A stretch of 64,000 nt of DNA from Anaerolineae bacterium (GCA_016926255.1 JAFGOY010000012.1:14172-78171); one strand, 5' to 3'; counted from the stretch's first letter, positions 44,505 through 53,133 are shown. Notes: generated by a model from the sequence alone, not told the origin. A program made the numbers and translations.

Positions 44505-44801
44505 AGGTCATACCCTTTTTGCTGACGAGGTTATTCCCCGGCGCTGTCGAACATTTACAAAATAGCAAGGTAAGAAACCGCATCGTTTTCACCCCCTCCC
44601 TGTCCCTCCCCCTCAAGGGAGAGGGAACAGAATCGCGTGGTGTTGTACGCTGATTTGCTTACCTTATTCATTTGCAAAAGAGCAAAAGCACCGGGCTAAA
44701 ATTGATAGATTGACCGTTGTTGGTAATTACCCAGGCGGGCGCAGCACGCTGCGCCCCTACCGGCGATTTTTATCCAGACGAGATGTGTACCAGGCAGCCG
44801 G

Positions 44802-45584
44802 TTACTGGTTTTCCAGTTCGGCGTCGATGACCTGCTTGAAATTCTCAAAGGGCTGCGCACCGACGAAGCGAGTGCCGTTGATAAAGAAGGTCGGGGTGCC
44901 GGTGACACCCAGCGCTCGCGCCTCCTGGTAATCGGCGTTCCACTCGTCCCGGTACGTCCCCGATTCAATACAGTCGCGGAGTTCTTCGCCGTCGAGATCA
45001 AGGGTTACGGCCAGGGCGACGAAATCGTCGGTTGACGTGTACTCACGGAAGCCCTCAAACAGCGCGTCGTGATATTCCCAGAAAGAACCCTGGTCGCCTG
45101 CACACTGGGCGGCCTCGGCGGGACGGTCACCGCCGAAGGCGGGGAAATCACGGTAAACAAAGCGAACCTGATCGCCGTATTCTTCGAGAATCTGCGGGAG
45201 AATCTGGAGTTTGAAGGCGGCGCAGTACTGGCAGAAAAAGTCGCTGAACTCGACGATGGTGACCGGGGCATCTTCCGGGCCTAAAAAGGGATCGTCGTCG
45301 GAGAGATCGCCTTCGACATACTCGGCGGGAGCGGCTTCCGAACCGGCTGAGTCGGCTGACTCGCTGATGGCCCCGGCGACGGCCTCATTGACAGCGTCAT
45401 CGACGGCAGCGACGGCATCGGTGACACCGCGATTATAGATATTGATGGCAGCAAAATAGCCGCCAACTGCACCGAGGATCAGACCGATCAGCCCGGCGAG
45501 CACGGCATAGAACACTGTGCGTGAAATGTATATATAATCATTTTCATTATCGTTGTCGGCGGTGGTTTCCTGAGACAGGCTCAT
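44802..45584 (-). CDS. DsbA-family thiol:disulfide oxidoreductase with N-terminal membrane anchor
   Basis: CxxC active site FSDFFCQYCAAF. Thioredoxin-fold C-terminus ...GVTGTPTFFINGTRFVGAQP. AGAGGAAG RBS. Confidence 0.85.
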   Translation of the reverse strand: MSLSQETTADNDNENDYIYISRTVFYAVLAGLIGLILGAVGGYFAAINIYNRGVTDAVAAVDDAVNEAVAGAISESADSAGSEAAPAEYVEGDLSDDDPFLGPEDAPVTIVEFSDFFCQYCAAFKLQILPQILEEYGDQVRFVYRDFPAFGGDRPAEAAQCAGDQGSFWEYHDALFEGFREYTSTDDFVALAVTLDLDGEELRDCIESGTYRDEWNADYQEARALGVTGTPTFFINGTRFVGAQPFENFKQVIDAELENQ

Positions 45585-45786
45585 CGATCTTCCTCTGGTT
45601 GAAATTTTATCACTGTTTCAGATAGTAACCAGATTGGACGTCGGGAGCAAACTGATGAAAGCAGGAAAGCGGTGCTCGTGAGACGATTCAACGCCGGGTG
45701 CCCGGATGGCAGGCGGTTTGCGGGCGGGTATCGGGGCGTGATACACTCACCACGCTCTAGAGAAACTCGACAGGCAGCTATCAGAC

Positions 45787-47655
45787 ATGACCGGCCCATC
45801 ATCATCAAAATCGAAGAGACTTCTGGCCGCCAGCCTTGCCGGAGCGGTGGCTGTGCTGATCGGGCTGGTGGGCTGCAAGGGCGGCGGCGAGGAATCGACA
45901 CCGACTCTGTATGCATTACCCAGCCTGGAAGCCAGCCTGATGCCCAGCGCGACGCTGGCACAGGCGCTCCCGACCGATACCGCCGTCCCCTCGCCCGTAC
46001 CGACTCTACCCGACTACAGTTGGTGCAGCCTCGACGCGGCATTCGTCGCCGATCTGACCGTCCCGGATTACACGACGATCGAACCGGCTACGCTGTTCAC
46101 GAAATCGTGGCGGATGCAGAACACGAGCACCTGTGACTGGGGGCCGGGGTTCGAGCTTCTATTTTACTGGGGCGATCAACTGGTGGGGCCGGTGGCAGTC
46201 GAGGTGCCGGAGACGGCGCAGGGCGAGATGGTCGATATTTCGGTGGATTTGCAGGCCCCGCTGGAGATCGGCGAGTACACGATGGTCTGGCAGCTCGTCT
46301 CGCCGGACGGCACCTGGTTCGGCACCGAGCCTTACCTGCGGATTGTCGTGCCCTGGACGGTGACGGTCACCCCGACCCCGACATCGCCCGAAGAATGCGT
46401 CTACAACGTCGCCTTTGTCGACGACGTGACGATCCCTGACAATATGCAAATCCTGGCCGGGGCGGAATTCACCAAAGTGTGGCGGATGATCAACACGAGC
46501 ACCTGTCACTGGGGCGAAGGCTTCGATCTGGTGTTCATCTCCGGCGATCCGCTCGGCGCGGACGAATCGAACCCGATTCCCGAAGTCAAGATGGGCGAGC
46601 AGTTCGATATACTGGTCGATATGCGCGCGCCGGAGGAGGGCGGGCTGTACCGGAGCATCTGGAAGATACAGAAGCCGGACGGCACGCAGTTCGGGTTGGA
46701 GCCGTTCGTAAGGATCGAGGTGGTGGAGCCGACGCGGACTCCGACTCCAGAAGCGACCGATACACCGACTCCAACAGTCGGGCCGGGGACACCGTCTCCG
46801 ACCCCACAGCCCACCCAGCGCCCGACACGGACTCCAACTGCCGGGCCGACGCCAACCGCGAGGCCGGTCGCTACGGCAGCGCCCCCGGCATCACATCCCG
46901 GCTACCCGGCGCTGGTGACGGGGATCACGGCGCATTCGCGGCAGATTTATCTCAACGGGCAAACGCTGGGGAACAAATCGACGGTGTTCTCGAAAGTGGG
47001 CGACAGCATCACCCACAGCCCGGCCTTCCTGAACCCGATCGGGCAGGGGCGCACCGATCTGCACGAGGAGTACGCTTACCTGCAGCCGGCGATCAACTGG
47101 TTCATGGGCACGGCACGGGTCGCCAACTCGTTCGACAACCCGTCGCTGGCCGAACGCTACGGCTGGACGAGCGCCGACATCCTCAACCCGGCGAGCGCCG
47201 AACCGGGCTGCGCGGGGAGATCGCCGCTGGTGTGTGAATATGAGCTGTCGCATCCTTCGGTGGCGCTGATCATGATCGGGACGAACGATTCAACAGGCCA
47301 TCTGTCGGTCGATGCGTTCCGGGCGAACTTGCAGCAGATAGTCGACATCTCGCTGGAATACGGGGTGATCCCGGTGTTGTATACGATCCCCTGGAACGCC
47401 TACGGGGACGTAAGCGGGTTGAACAACGTGATCGTCAGCACGGCGTGGGTGTATGACGTGCCGCTGATCGATTACTATTCGGCGATGGAGGCGCTGCCGA
47501 ATCACGGGGTGAGCGACGACGGGGTGCACCCATCGCTGCCGCCGGATGGGAACACGGCGAATTTCAGCGAGGAGAACGTGCAGTACGGGTACACGCTGCG
47601 GAACCTGATCAGTGTGCAGGCGCTCGATGCGATCTGGCGGCAGGTAATCTATTAA
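45787..47655 (+). CDS. Lipoprotein with two NBR1-like Ig (FW) domains, a PT-rich linker and a C-terminal SGNH/GDSL hydrolase domain
   Basis: Lipobox LIGLVGCKGG. The motif F(T)K(S/V)WRM.NTSTC.WG.GF.L.F occurs twice. SGNH blocks are FSKVGDSIT (block I), IMIGTND (block III) and DDGVHPS (block V). Confidence 0.8.
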   Translation: MTGPSSSKSKRLLAASLAGAVAVLIGLVGCKGGGEESTPTLYALPSLEASLMPSATLAQALPTDTAVPSPVPTLPDYSWCSLDAAFVADLTVPDYTTIEPATLFTKSWRMQNTSTCDWGPGFELLFYWGDQLVGPVAVEVPETAQGEMVDISVDLQAPLEIGEYTMVWQLVSPDGTWFGTEPYLRIVVPWTVTVTPTPTSPEECVYNVAFVDDVTIPDNMQILAGAEFTKVWRMINTSTCHWGEGFDLVFISGDPLGADESNPIPEVKMGEQFDILVDMRAPEEGGLYRSIWKIQKPDGTQFGLEPFVRIEVVEPTRTPTPEATDTPTPTVGPGTPSPTPQPTQRPTRTPTAGPTPTARPVATAAPPASHPGYPALVTGITAHSRQIYLNGQTLGNKSTVFSKVGDSITHSPAFLNPIGQGRTDLHEEYAYLQPAINWFMGTARVANSFDNPSLAERYGWTSADILNPASAEPGCAGRSPLVCEYELSHPSVALIMIGTNDSTGHLSVDAFRANLQQIVDISLEYGVIPVLYTIPWNAYGDVSGLNNVIVSTAWVYDVPLIDYYSAMEALPNHGVSDDGVHPSLPPDGNTANFSEENVQYGYTLRNLISVQALDAIWRQVIY

Positions 47656-47685
47656 CATCCAGGGCGGAGCCCCGATTATTCTTCA

Positions 47686-49086
47686 TTATTGCATCGCCTG
47701 ATGCTTGACGGCGTGGAGCACTTCGAGTGCTTCGAGGTTGCGGCGTACCATGCCATAGTGCATCCGATCCTCCAGAAAGACCGCCGAACCGAAATCGGCG
47801 GGCACCGTCAGGTGTGAGATGTTCAACTCGACGCCCTGGTTGGGAAGCTGGGAGGTCGTCTGCCAGAAATCCCAGAGCGGTACCTGCTTCTCGGCAGCCA
47901 CGCGGCGGATCGCTTCGTTCATTTCAGTGTGGCCACCGCCATGTAAATAAGGAACGGTGCTGAGAACCGGGATCACGCCCCGGCTGGCAGCGATGTCGAC
48001 AATACGGCTGACGCCTGCATAATAATCCTCTGCCCAGGTGGTCGATTCTTTCGGATAGGTGCGCACCATGATCAGGGCGATGGCAGGCTTGTAGCTGCGC
48101 AATTCGCATTCGAGGGGCGTTTCGCCGCGCCAGCAAACCGAGGGATCGGCCCAGGTGGGGTCGAGCAGGGCATTGACCACGTATCCGCCTTTCGCCGCAT
48201 AGCCGATCCGGCTGAACGACCCGGCGAAATCCCAGATCACTTCGTGAAGATAAATATAATCACCCAGGTAGAAGAACTGGTCGTCGAAGGCGATCAGGAA
48301 ATAAGGCGACTCGGCTTCACAGTCGCCGATCTTGCTGAATCGGTGGGGATTGTTGCCCAACTGCTGGCCGCGCTGGTAGATGGCGCGGGCATTCGGGCCG
48401 ATGCCGGTGATGGTCGCCGTGTAGGGCACGGCTGGCGCAGCCGAAACAGGCGCGGCGGCAGGGGCAGCGGGAGCCGGTGCGCTGGCAACGTCGACGGCAG
48501 AGGGAACGGGCACGGTGGAGAGATCGCCGCTGAGATCGGTAAAAACGGTGTAGACCCAGCCGGTCTTCCCCGCGTAGGTGATCAGGACCCAGGTGGACAA
48601 TTCATTGCGACCCTGCACGACGAGCGTCGTACTTACCGGGATGGTGCCGAGCAGGGTAGCGTCGAAATCGGGGGCGGACCGATAGCGCAGGTTGACGGTC
48701 GTTGTGGCGGTAACGGTGCTCCCGGCGACCGGCGGCGGTGCGGCAGGCGGGGCCGCTTCGCCGACGACCGGTACGGTGTTGAGATCGCCTTCGATCTCGC
48801 ACAGCCATCCGGCGACCCAGTTTTCGGTGCCAGGACCAAAGTTGACGAGCAGCCAGGCGGAATCGGTGCTGCGACCCAATACGGGCAGCGGCGTACGAGC
48901 GGAAACGCGCCCGATCGCGTCGTAGTGAGTGCCGGGGCCGGATCGGATGGTCAGCGAGGTGGTGGGGCTGGCAACGACGGCAGACTGATCGAGCGGGTGG
49001 GCGAAAGCACTCGACAGGGGCAGGGCGAGCAGGGCGAGACAGGCAATCAGTAAAGCGATCCGCCAGGGCGGTGATGTTCTGCGCAT
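47686..49086 (-). CDS. Secreted protein with two SH3b-like domains and a degenerate SGNH-like domain (Cys at the nucleophile position)
   Basis: A signal peptide is present. Two SH3b-like segments occur (LTIRSGPGT.YDAIGRV.. and VNLRYRSAPDFDA..). The C-terminal domain aligns with 45787-47655, but block I is FSKIGDCEA, block III is IMVRTY and block V is NISHLT. Confidence 0.75.
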   Translation of the reverse strand: MRRTSPPWRIALLIACLALLALPLSSAFAHPLDQSAVVASPTTSLTIRSGPGTHYDAIGRVSARTPLPVLGRSTDSAWLLVNFGPGTENWVAGWLCEIEGDLNTVPVVGEAAPPAAPPPVAGSTVTATTTVNLRYRSAPDFDATLLGTIPVSTTLVVQGRNELSTWVLITYAGKTGWVYTVFTDLSGDLSTVPVPSAVDVASAPAPAAPAAAPVSAAPAVPYTATITGIGPNARAIYQRGQQLGNNPHRFSKIGDCEAESPYFLIAFDDQFFYLGDYIYLHEVIWDFAGSFSRIGYAAKGGYVVNALLDPTWADPSVCWRGETPLECELRSYKPAIALIMVRTYPKESTTWAEDYYAGVSRIVDIAASRGVIPVLSTVPYLHGGGHTEMNEAIRRVAAEKQVPLWDFWQTTSQLPNQGVELNISHLTVPADFGSAVFLEDRMHYGMVRRNLEALEVLHAVKHQAMQ

Positions 49087-49355
49087 GAGCGATGATTCCT
49101 TCCAATTATGATCGGGTTTATTTTACTCATAAAGTGGGGATGGGCGCGAACGGATGCAGGGCGATCAATCTGCCACGGCAGCGATCACCCCCCTGTCGCA
49201 CGCATCGCGTGCGACTGTCCCCCCTTGGCAAAGGGGGACAACAAATATAAATATGTACCGGTCAGGAATTCAGTGCGGTGGAGGCAATCTGGCCAATCGG
49301 CTATAATCGCCCCGGTGCCCGCCCCGGCGGGCAGTATGAATCGAAGAGGAAATCA

Positions 49356-50528
49356 ATGAGCACAGAAGAACAATCGGTGGGGAAGGCAACGAAGCAGGAA
49401 CGGCTGATGCTGATCGGCGGCGGGGTAGTGTTCGCGGGGCTGGTGATCGGCATCGCGGTGCTGCTCGCCCCCAACCTGATCCGGCCCAAGATCGTGTTCC
49501 ACGCCTATGACGGGGACGTGTTCCGCTACAGCCCCGGACAGGTGCGTCCGCCGGAAGAAAACGAGATTCTGGAAAACTACCCGGCTCACTACGGCAAAGA
49601 TGGATTCCGCGTTCCGGCAATGGAAGCCAAAGAATACCCGATCATCGCGCTGGGTGATTCATATACTGAGGGCGGAAGCGTTCCCTGGGTGGACGTGGTC
49701 GCGGCGGAACTCGATACACCGGTTCAGAACCTGAGCTGGCGCGGCTACGGGCCGCTGGAATACGCGGCGATCATGGAAGAGTACGGCGGCGGCGATCACG
49801 ACTGGGTGCTGATCGGGTTTTTCGAGGGCAACGATTTGAGCAACATACACTCGTCAACCAATATCCTCGAAGAGACGGGATCGCTTAACCTGGAACGCGA
49901 ACTGTTCTCCACCGGAGAAGCCGAAGAGATGGAAGTGCTGCCCCCCGATCCGGACAAGTGGTATTTATTCCCACTGCGACACCTGGTGGGGGATCAGGTG
50001 TACGAACTGGCCTATATCCCCGATTATCTATGGGGTCTGAACGGGAACACGGAAGCCTACCGCCAGTCGCGGAACGTGGCGTTGCTGCGTGAATCGCTGC
50101 AGGAGATCAAGACTCTGGCGGGCGATGCCTGCGTGGGGCTGGTCTACATCCCCGACAAGCCGCATATCTATTTCCCGTACAGCGACCCGGATGGTAATCA
50201 ACAGTGGTTATTGAATGAAGGGGCAGTGGTAAGCCTCGATGCCGATGGCTGGCTCTCGATGGATGTGATCCCGCGCCCGGCCCCGCAGGAATTCGAAACG
50301 GTGGTGGGCAATCTCGACAACCAGCGGGATGTGATCGGCGAGGTTGCGGCGGAACTGGGCATTCACTTCATCGATCTGACCCCGGCGCTCCAGGCGGCGG
50401 TCGAGACGGGCGAGCCGACCTATTTCGCCTATGATTCGCACTGGAACGCACGCGGTCACGAGGTCGGGGGGGAGGCGGCTGCCGGGTACATCCGCAGCGT
50501 GGAAGGGTGCGGCGCGTATGAGCCTTAA
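49356..50528 (+). CDS. Membrane-anchored SGNH-like protein of the AlgX/AlgJ (DHHW-type) O-acetyltransferase/esterase class
   Basis: Start at ATG 49356 (AAGAGGAAA RBS), followed by an N-terminal TM helix. Block I is ALGDSYTEGG, block III is FFEGNDL, and the terminal motif is AYDSHWNARGHEV. Confidence 0.7.
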   Translation: MSTEEQSVGKATKQERLMLIGGGVVFAGLVIGIAVLLAPNLIRPKIVFHAYDGDVFRYSPGQVRPPEENEILENYPAHYGKDGFRVPAMEAKEYPIIALGDSYTEGGSVPWVDVVAAELDTPVQNLSWRGYGPLEYAAIMEEYGGGDHDWVLIGFFEGNDLSNIHSSTNILEETGSLNLERELFSTGEAEEMEVLPPDPDKWYLFPLRHLVGDQVYELAYIPDYLWGLNGNTEAYRQSRNVALLRESLQEIKTLAGDACVGLVYIPDKPHIYFPYSDPDGNQQWLLNEGAVVSLDADGWLSMDVIPRPAPQEFETVVGNLDNQRDVIGEVAAELGIHFIDLTPALQAAVETGEPTYFAYDSHWNARGHEVGGEAAAGYIRSVEGCGAYEP

Positions 50529-50691
50529 GAATTTAATCCGATAACAGAAGGTCTTTGTTTGATAGACGAAGGCCGCCCCCCTCTGGTCGACTACGTCGCC
50601 CATCTCCCCCCGCTGGGGGGCGAGTAGTCGATGGCTATAGATGGTTGCCGGATTATTCTGTAAATTTGCGTATAGTTTCCAGGCAGACATT

Positions 50692-50729
50692 AAAATCACC
50701 TATCAACGCCCGATAGGTGATTATTTTTA
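50692..50729. terminator. Bidirectional terminator (AATCACCTATC-AACGCCC-GATAGGTGATT, flanked by an A-run and a T-run)
   Basis: An 11-bp perfect stem. ATTTTT follows on the plus strand and TTTTAAT follows on the minus strand. Confidence 0.75.
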
Positions 50730-50907
50730 TGTCTATTCAATTTACGCGTGATTGTTACGCGTGACCGGTTATGCATCGCGCCGTGAAGCGGAACTCCTTC
50801 CGCCGGGACGCAGCCGCCAGGTTCAATGAAGCACAGCCGGGCGGCTACCTGAATGCACGGCAGGTCGGATGCAAATACCGTTTCTCAGACCGGGACGGGA
50901 ATACTAC

Positions 50908-51183
50908 CTAGAAATCTTCGTCTTCCCAATCCATGTCTTCGTCGTCGTCATCGTCGAGATCGTCGAAGTCGTCGGCGGCGTCGAATTCGTCGTAGTCGTC
51001 ATAGTCATCGAGTTCATCGACATCTTCGTCATCTTCGTCGTACTCGAAGTCAAGAACGACCGGCCCCAATTCGATGACTTCCAGATACTCGCCGCAGTGA
51101 GGGCAAACGACTTTCTGCCCAAGCCGGGGAGGACTGGAAAAGGTGACACGATCATTACAGTACGGGCACTTAGCGTCTGACAT
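50908..51183 (-). CDS. LysW-like zinc-ribbon protein with a long acidic C-terminal tail (91 aa)
   Basis: KCPYCNDRVTFSSPPRLGQKVVCPHCGEYLEVIELGPVVLD fits the LysW/ArgW amino-group-carrier ribbon (two CxxC knuckles followed by LEV). It is followed by ~45 residues that are mostly D/E with scattered aromatics, ending MDWEDEDF. AGGAGA RBS. Confidence 0.7.
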   Translation of the reverse strand: MSDAKCPYCNDRVTFSSPPRLGQKVVCPHCGEYLEVIELGPVVLDFEYDEDDEDVDELDDYDDYDEFDAADDFDDLDDDDDEDMDWEDEDF

Positions 51184-51427
51184 AAACTGTCTCCTATATA
51201 CCTGACGCAGGTAGTATATTTGTGCAAATTATAGTGCCAGTCCGGTCAAGTACAAATATTGATCCATAGAACTTTTGTTTTGTCCGACAACCGTTTCCGG
51301 CGATCTGCCTCGATGGGATAATCAGGGAGACCGTTCTTACTGCCCTTTTGGGTAATGGACGGAACCGGGGGCGTATCTCTACAATTACGATACATTAGCA
51401 ATGAATAGTGCTGATTGACGGGAAATA

Positions 51428-52216
51428 ATGGAACTTCTAAACACCCTCCACGCGATAAATCAGGAGGTCGTCCAACTGGCGGCAGTTGGGCATTACAAGC
51501 AGGCTTTAACCCGGCTGGCGGTCGCTGCCTGTGATCTCCTGAACGGCGAAACCAGCGCGATCTGGCTGCTGGAGGATGGGTGGCTGCTGCTGCATGCGAC
51601 CGATGCCGACCAATCACACGCGGACAGGGTTCCGCTGTACGAAAGCCTGGTAGGGGAATCGGTTCTGGCCCGCGCACCGGTACAATCGGACGATGTGCGG
51701 ATCGACAAGCGGCTGCATCACCCCGAACTGGCGGCTCAATACGGCTGGCTGAGGGCGTTGATCGTGCCGATTGTGACCGAGCCGGATGGCGAGCCAATCG
51801 GGGCAATCAATGTGTACTGTCGTGAAAATCCCTGCGATGAAACGACTTCCGAGGAACAGATGCAAATCCTGACCCTGCTGGCCGACCTCGCGGCGATGGT
51901 GATCGTCAGTGCGACGCGCTACCAGGTGGGGGAAGCGGCAGAGACGCCGAGCCGCTCGTACGTCCTGCTCGGCGACCTGGCGACCAGTTTGCTGGTCAGG
52001 CTGCGGGTCAAAGCCGGGGCGATCCCGGTCCGGATCGAGGGGATACAGGATAAATGCAGTGCGGCGGTGGTTGCCGACGACTATCTGTCCGAAAACCTGG
52101 CGGCTATTCAACAAAACATACGCGAGTCGATGCAGGTGGTCGGCGAACTGCTCTCGCTGATGCGGATGCTATCGAGCGGGGAGACGGCCATACCGGTCGG
52201 GCCGGAACACGGATAG
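51428..52216 (+). CDS. GAF domain protein with a C-terminal helical region
   Basis: The N-terminal ~160 aa show a GAF-like pattern (LL.GETSAIWLLEDG.L.L.A......VPL.ESLVG.....P....D......H.....G...AL.VPI......IGAINVY). No kinase or output domain recognised. Confidence 0.6.
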   Translation: MELLNTLHAINQEVVQLAAVGHYKQALTRLAVAACDLLNGETSAIWLLEDGWLLLHATDADQSHADRVPLYESLVGESVLARAPVQSDDVRIDKRLHHPELAAQYGWLRALIVPIVTEPDGEPIGAINVYCRENPCDETTSEEQMQILTLLADLAAMVIVSATRYQVGEAAETPSRSYVLLGDLATSLLVRLRVKAGAIPVRIEGIQDKCSAAVVADDYLSENLAAIQQNIRESMQVVGELLSLMRMLSSGETAIPVGPEHG

Positions 52217-52380
52217 GGACTCGACCAACCTCGCAAGTTCATCCCCTTTTCTTCAAAATCCATCGAATAAATACCGTCAACAGAAACCGATCATAATCCC
52301 CAGGAAGGGCGATTTCGGCCTGACTGCCGATGCTCGAACACCTGTAATAAAGTTGTAATCTATAATAAAAAAGGAAAATA

Positions 52381-52409
52381 TTGACAAAATTAAGATGGCC
52401 GCATACAAT
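52381..52409 (+). promoter_or_regulatory. Sigma70-like promoter (TTGACA, 17-nt spacer, TACAAT) for the SufR-like gene at 52466
   Basis: Consensus -35 at 52381-52386 and a near-consensus -10 at 52404-52409, in an AT-rich region. Confidence 0.55.
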
Positions 52410-52465
52410 GAATCAGTAAGCTTTTGGGCATAATGTAGACGAATATCGAAAAGGGAGCCTCACAC

Positions 52466-53104
52466 ATGCAGAAGACCCGCCATGATATTGTTGATTATCT
52501 ACGCGAACACGGGGCGGCGACGGTCGATGAATTATGCTCAGCGCTTGGTGATCTCACCTCGGTGACGGTGCGCCATCACCTGGATATTTTACAAAAGGAA
52601 GGGCTGGTCGATCCGCCGGAACCACAGCGCCGGGCCGCGCCGGGCCGTCCGAAGTATGTATACGAACTGTCCAGACAGGCCGATGCGCTATATCCAAATA
52701 ACCTGATACCCTTCACTTTCTTCCTGCTGGAAGAACTGCGGTTCGTGATGGGGCCGCGCCAGCTTGAAGTACTGCTCGACGGAATCGCCCGGCGAATGGC
52801 CGCCGAATACAAGCCAGACAGCGATGAGGTGTCGTTCGGGCAGAAACTGGACCATGTCGTCGCCCATTTGAATACCCAGGGGTACGAGGCGGCCTGGGAA
52901 CCCCAGCAAGATTCCTATTCGCTGGTTCTTCACAACTGCCCATATTGGACGGTCGCTAAGGCGCAGCCGGGACTCTGTCTTTTCGAGAAGCGCTACCTGG
53001 GGCACCTGCTTGGGATTTCCCCGCAGCTTGAATCGACGAGAGCAGGCGGGGCCAGCAAATGCCTCGCGCGGATACCGAACAGCCTGATCGAGTACTTGCT
53101 GTAG
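52466..53104 (+). CDS. SufR-like winged-helix (ArsR/DeoR-type) transcriptional regulator, paralog 1
   Basis: N-terminal wHTH R..I..YL...G..TV.EL...L.....TVR.HLD.L..EGLV......R...GRP...Y.L. C-terminal Cys pattern NCPY..(x12)..C..(x~27)..C. It resembles the regulator at 59537-60226. Confidence 0.65.
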   Translation: MQKTRHDIVDYLREHGAATVDELCSALGDLTSVTVRHHLDILQKEGLVDPPEPQRRAAPGRPKYVYELSRQADALYPNNLIPFTFFLLEELRFVMGPRQLEVLLDGIARRMAAEYKPDSDEVSFGQKLDHVVAHLNTQGYEAAWEPQQDSYSLVLHNCPYWTVAKAQPGLCLFEKRYLGHLLGISPQLESTRAGGASKCLARIPNSLIEYLL

Positions 53105-53133
53105 GTAATGACCGGTCATTGATCATGGCAGAT

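Noticed and set aside
50853-51180. Plus-strand ORFs (74 and 103 aa) rich in Arg/His/Val opposite the acidic tail
   Set aside because: They are mirror images of the GAC/GAA-rich tail of the LysW-like gene. They have low complexity and no RBS.
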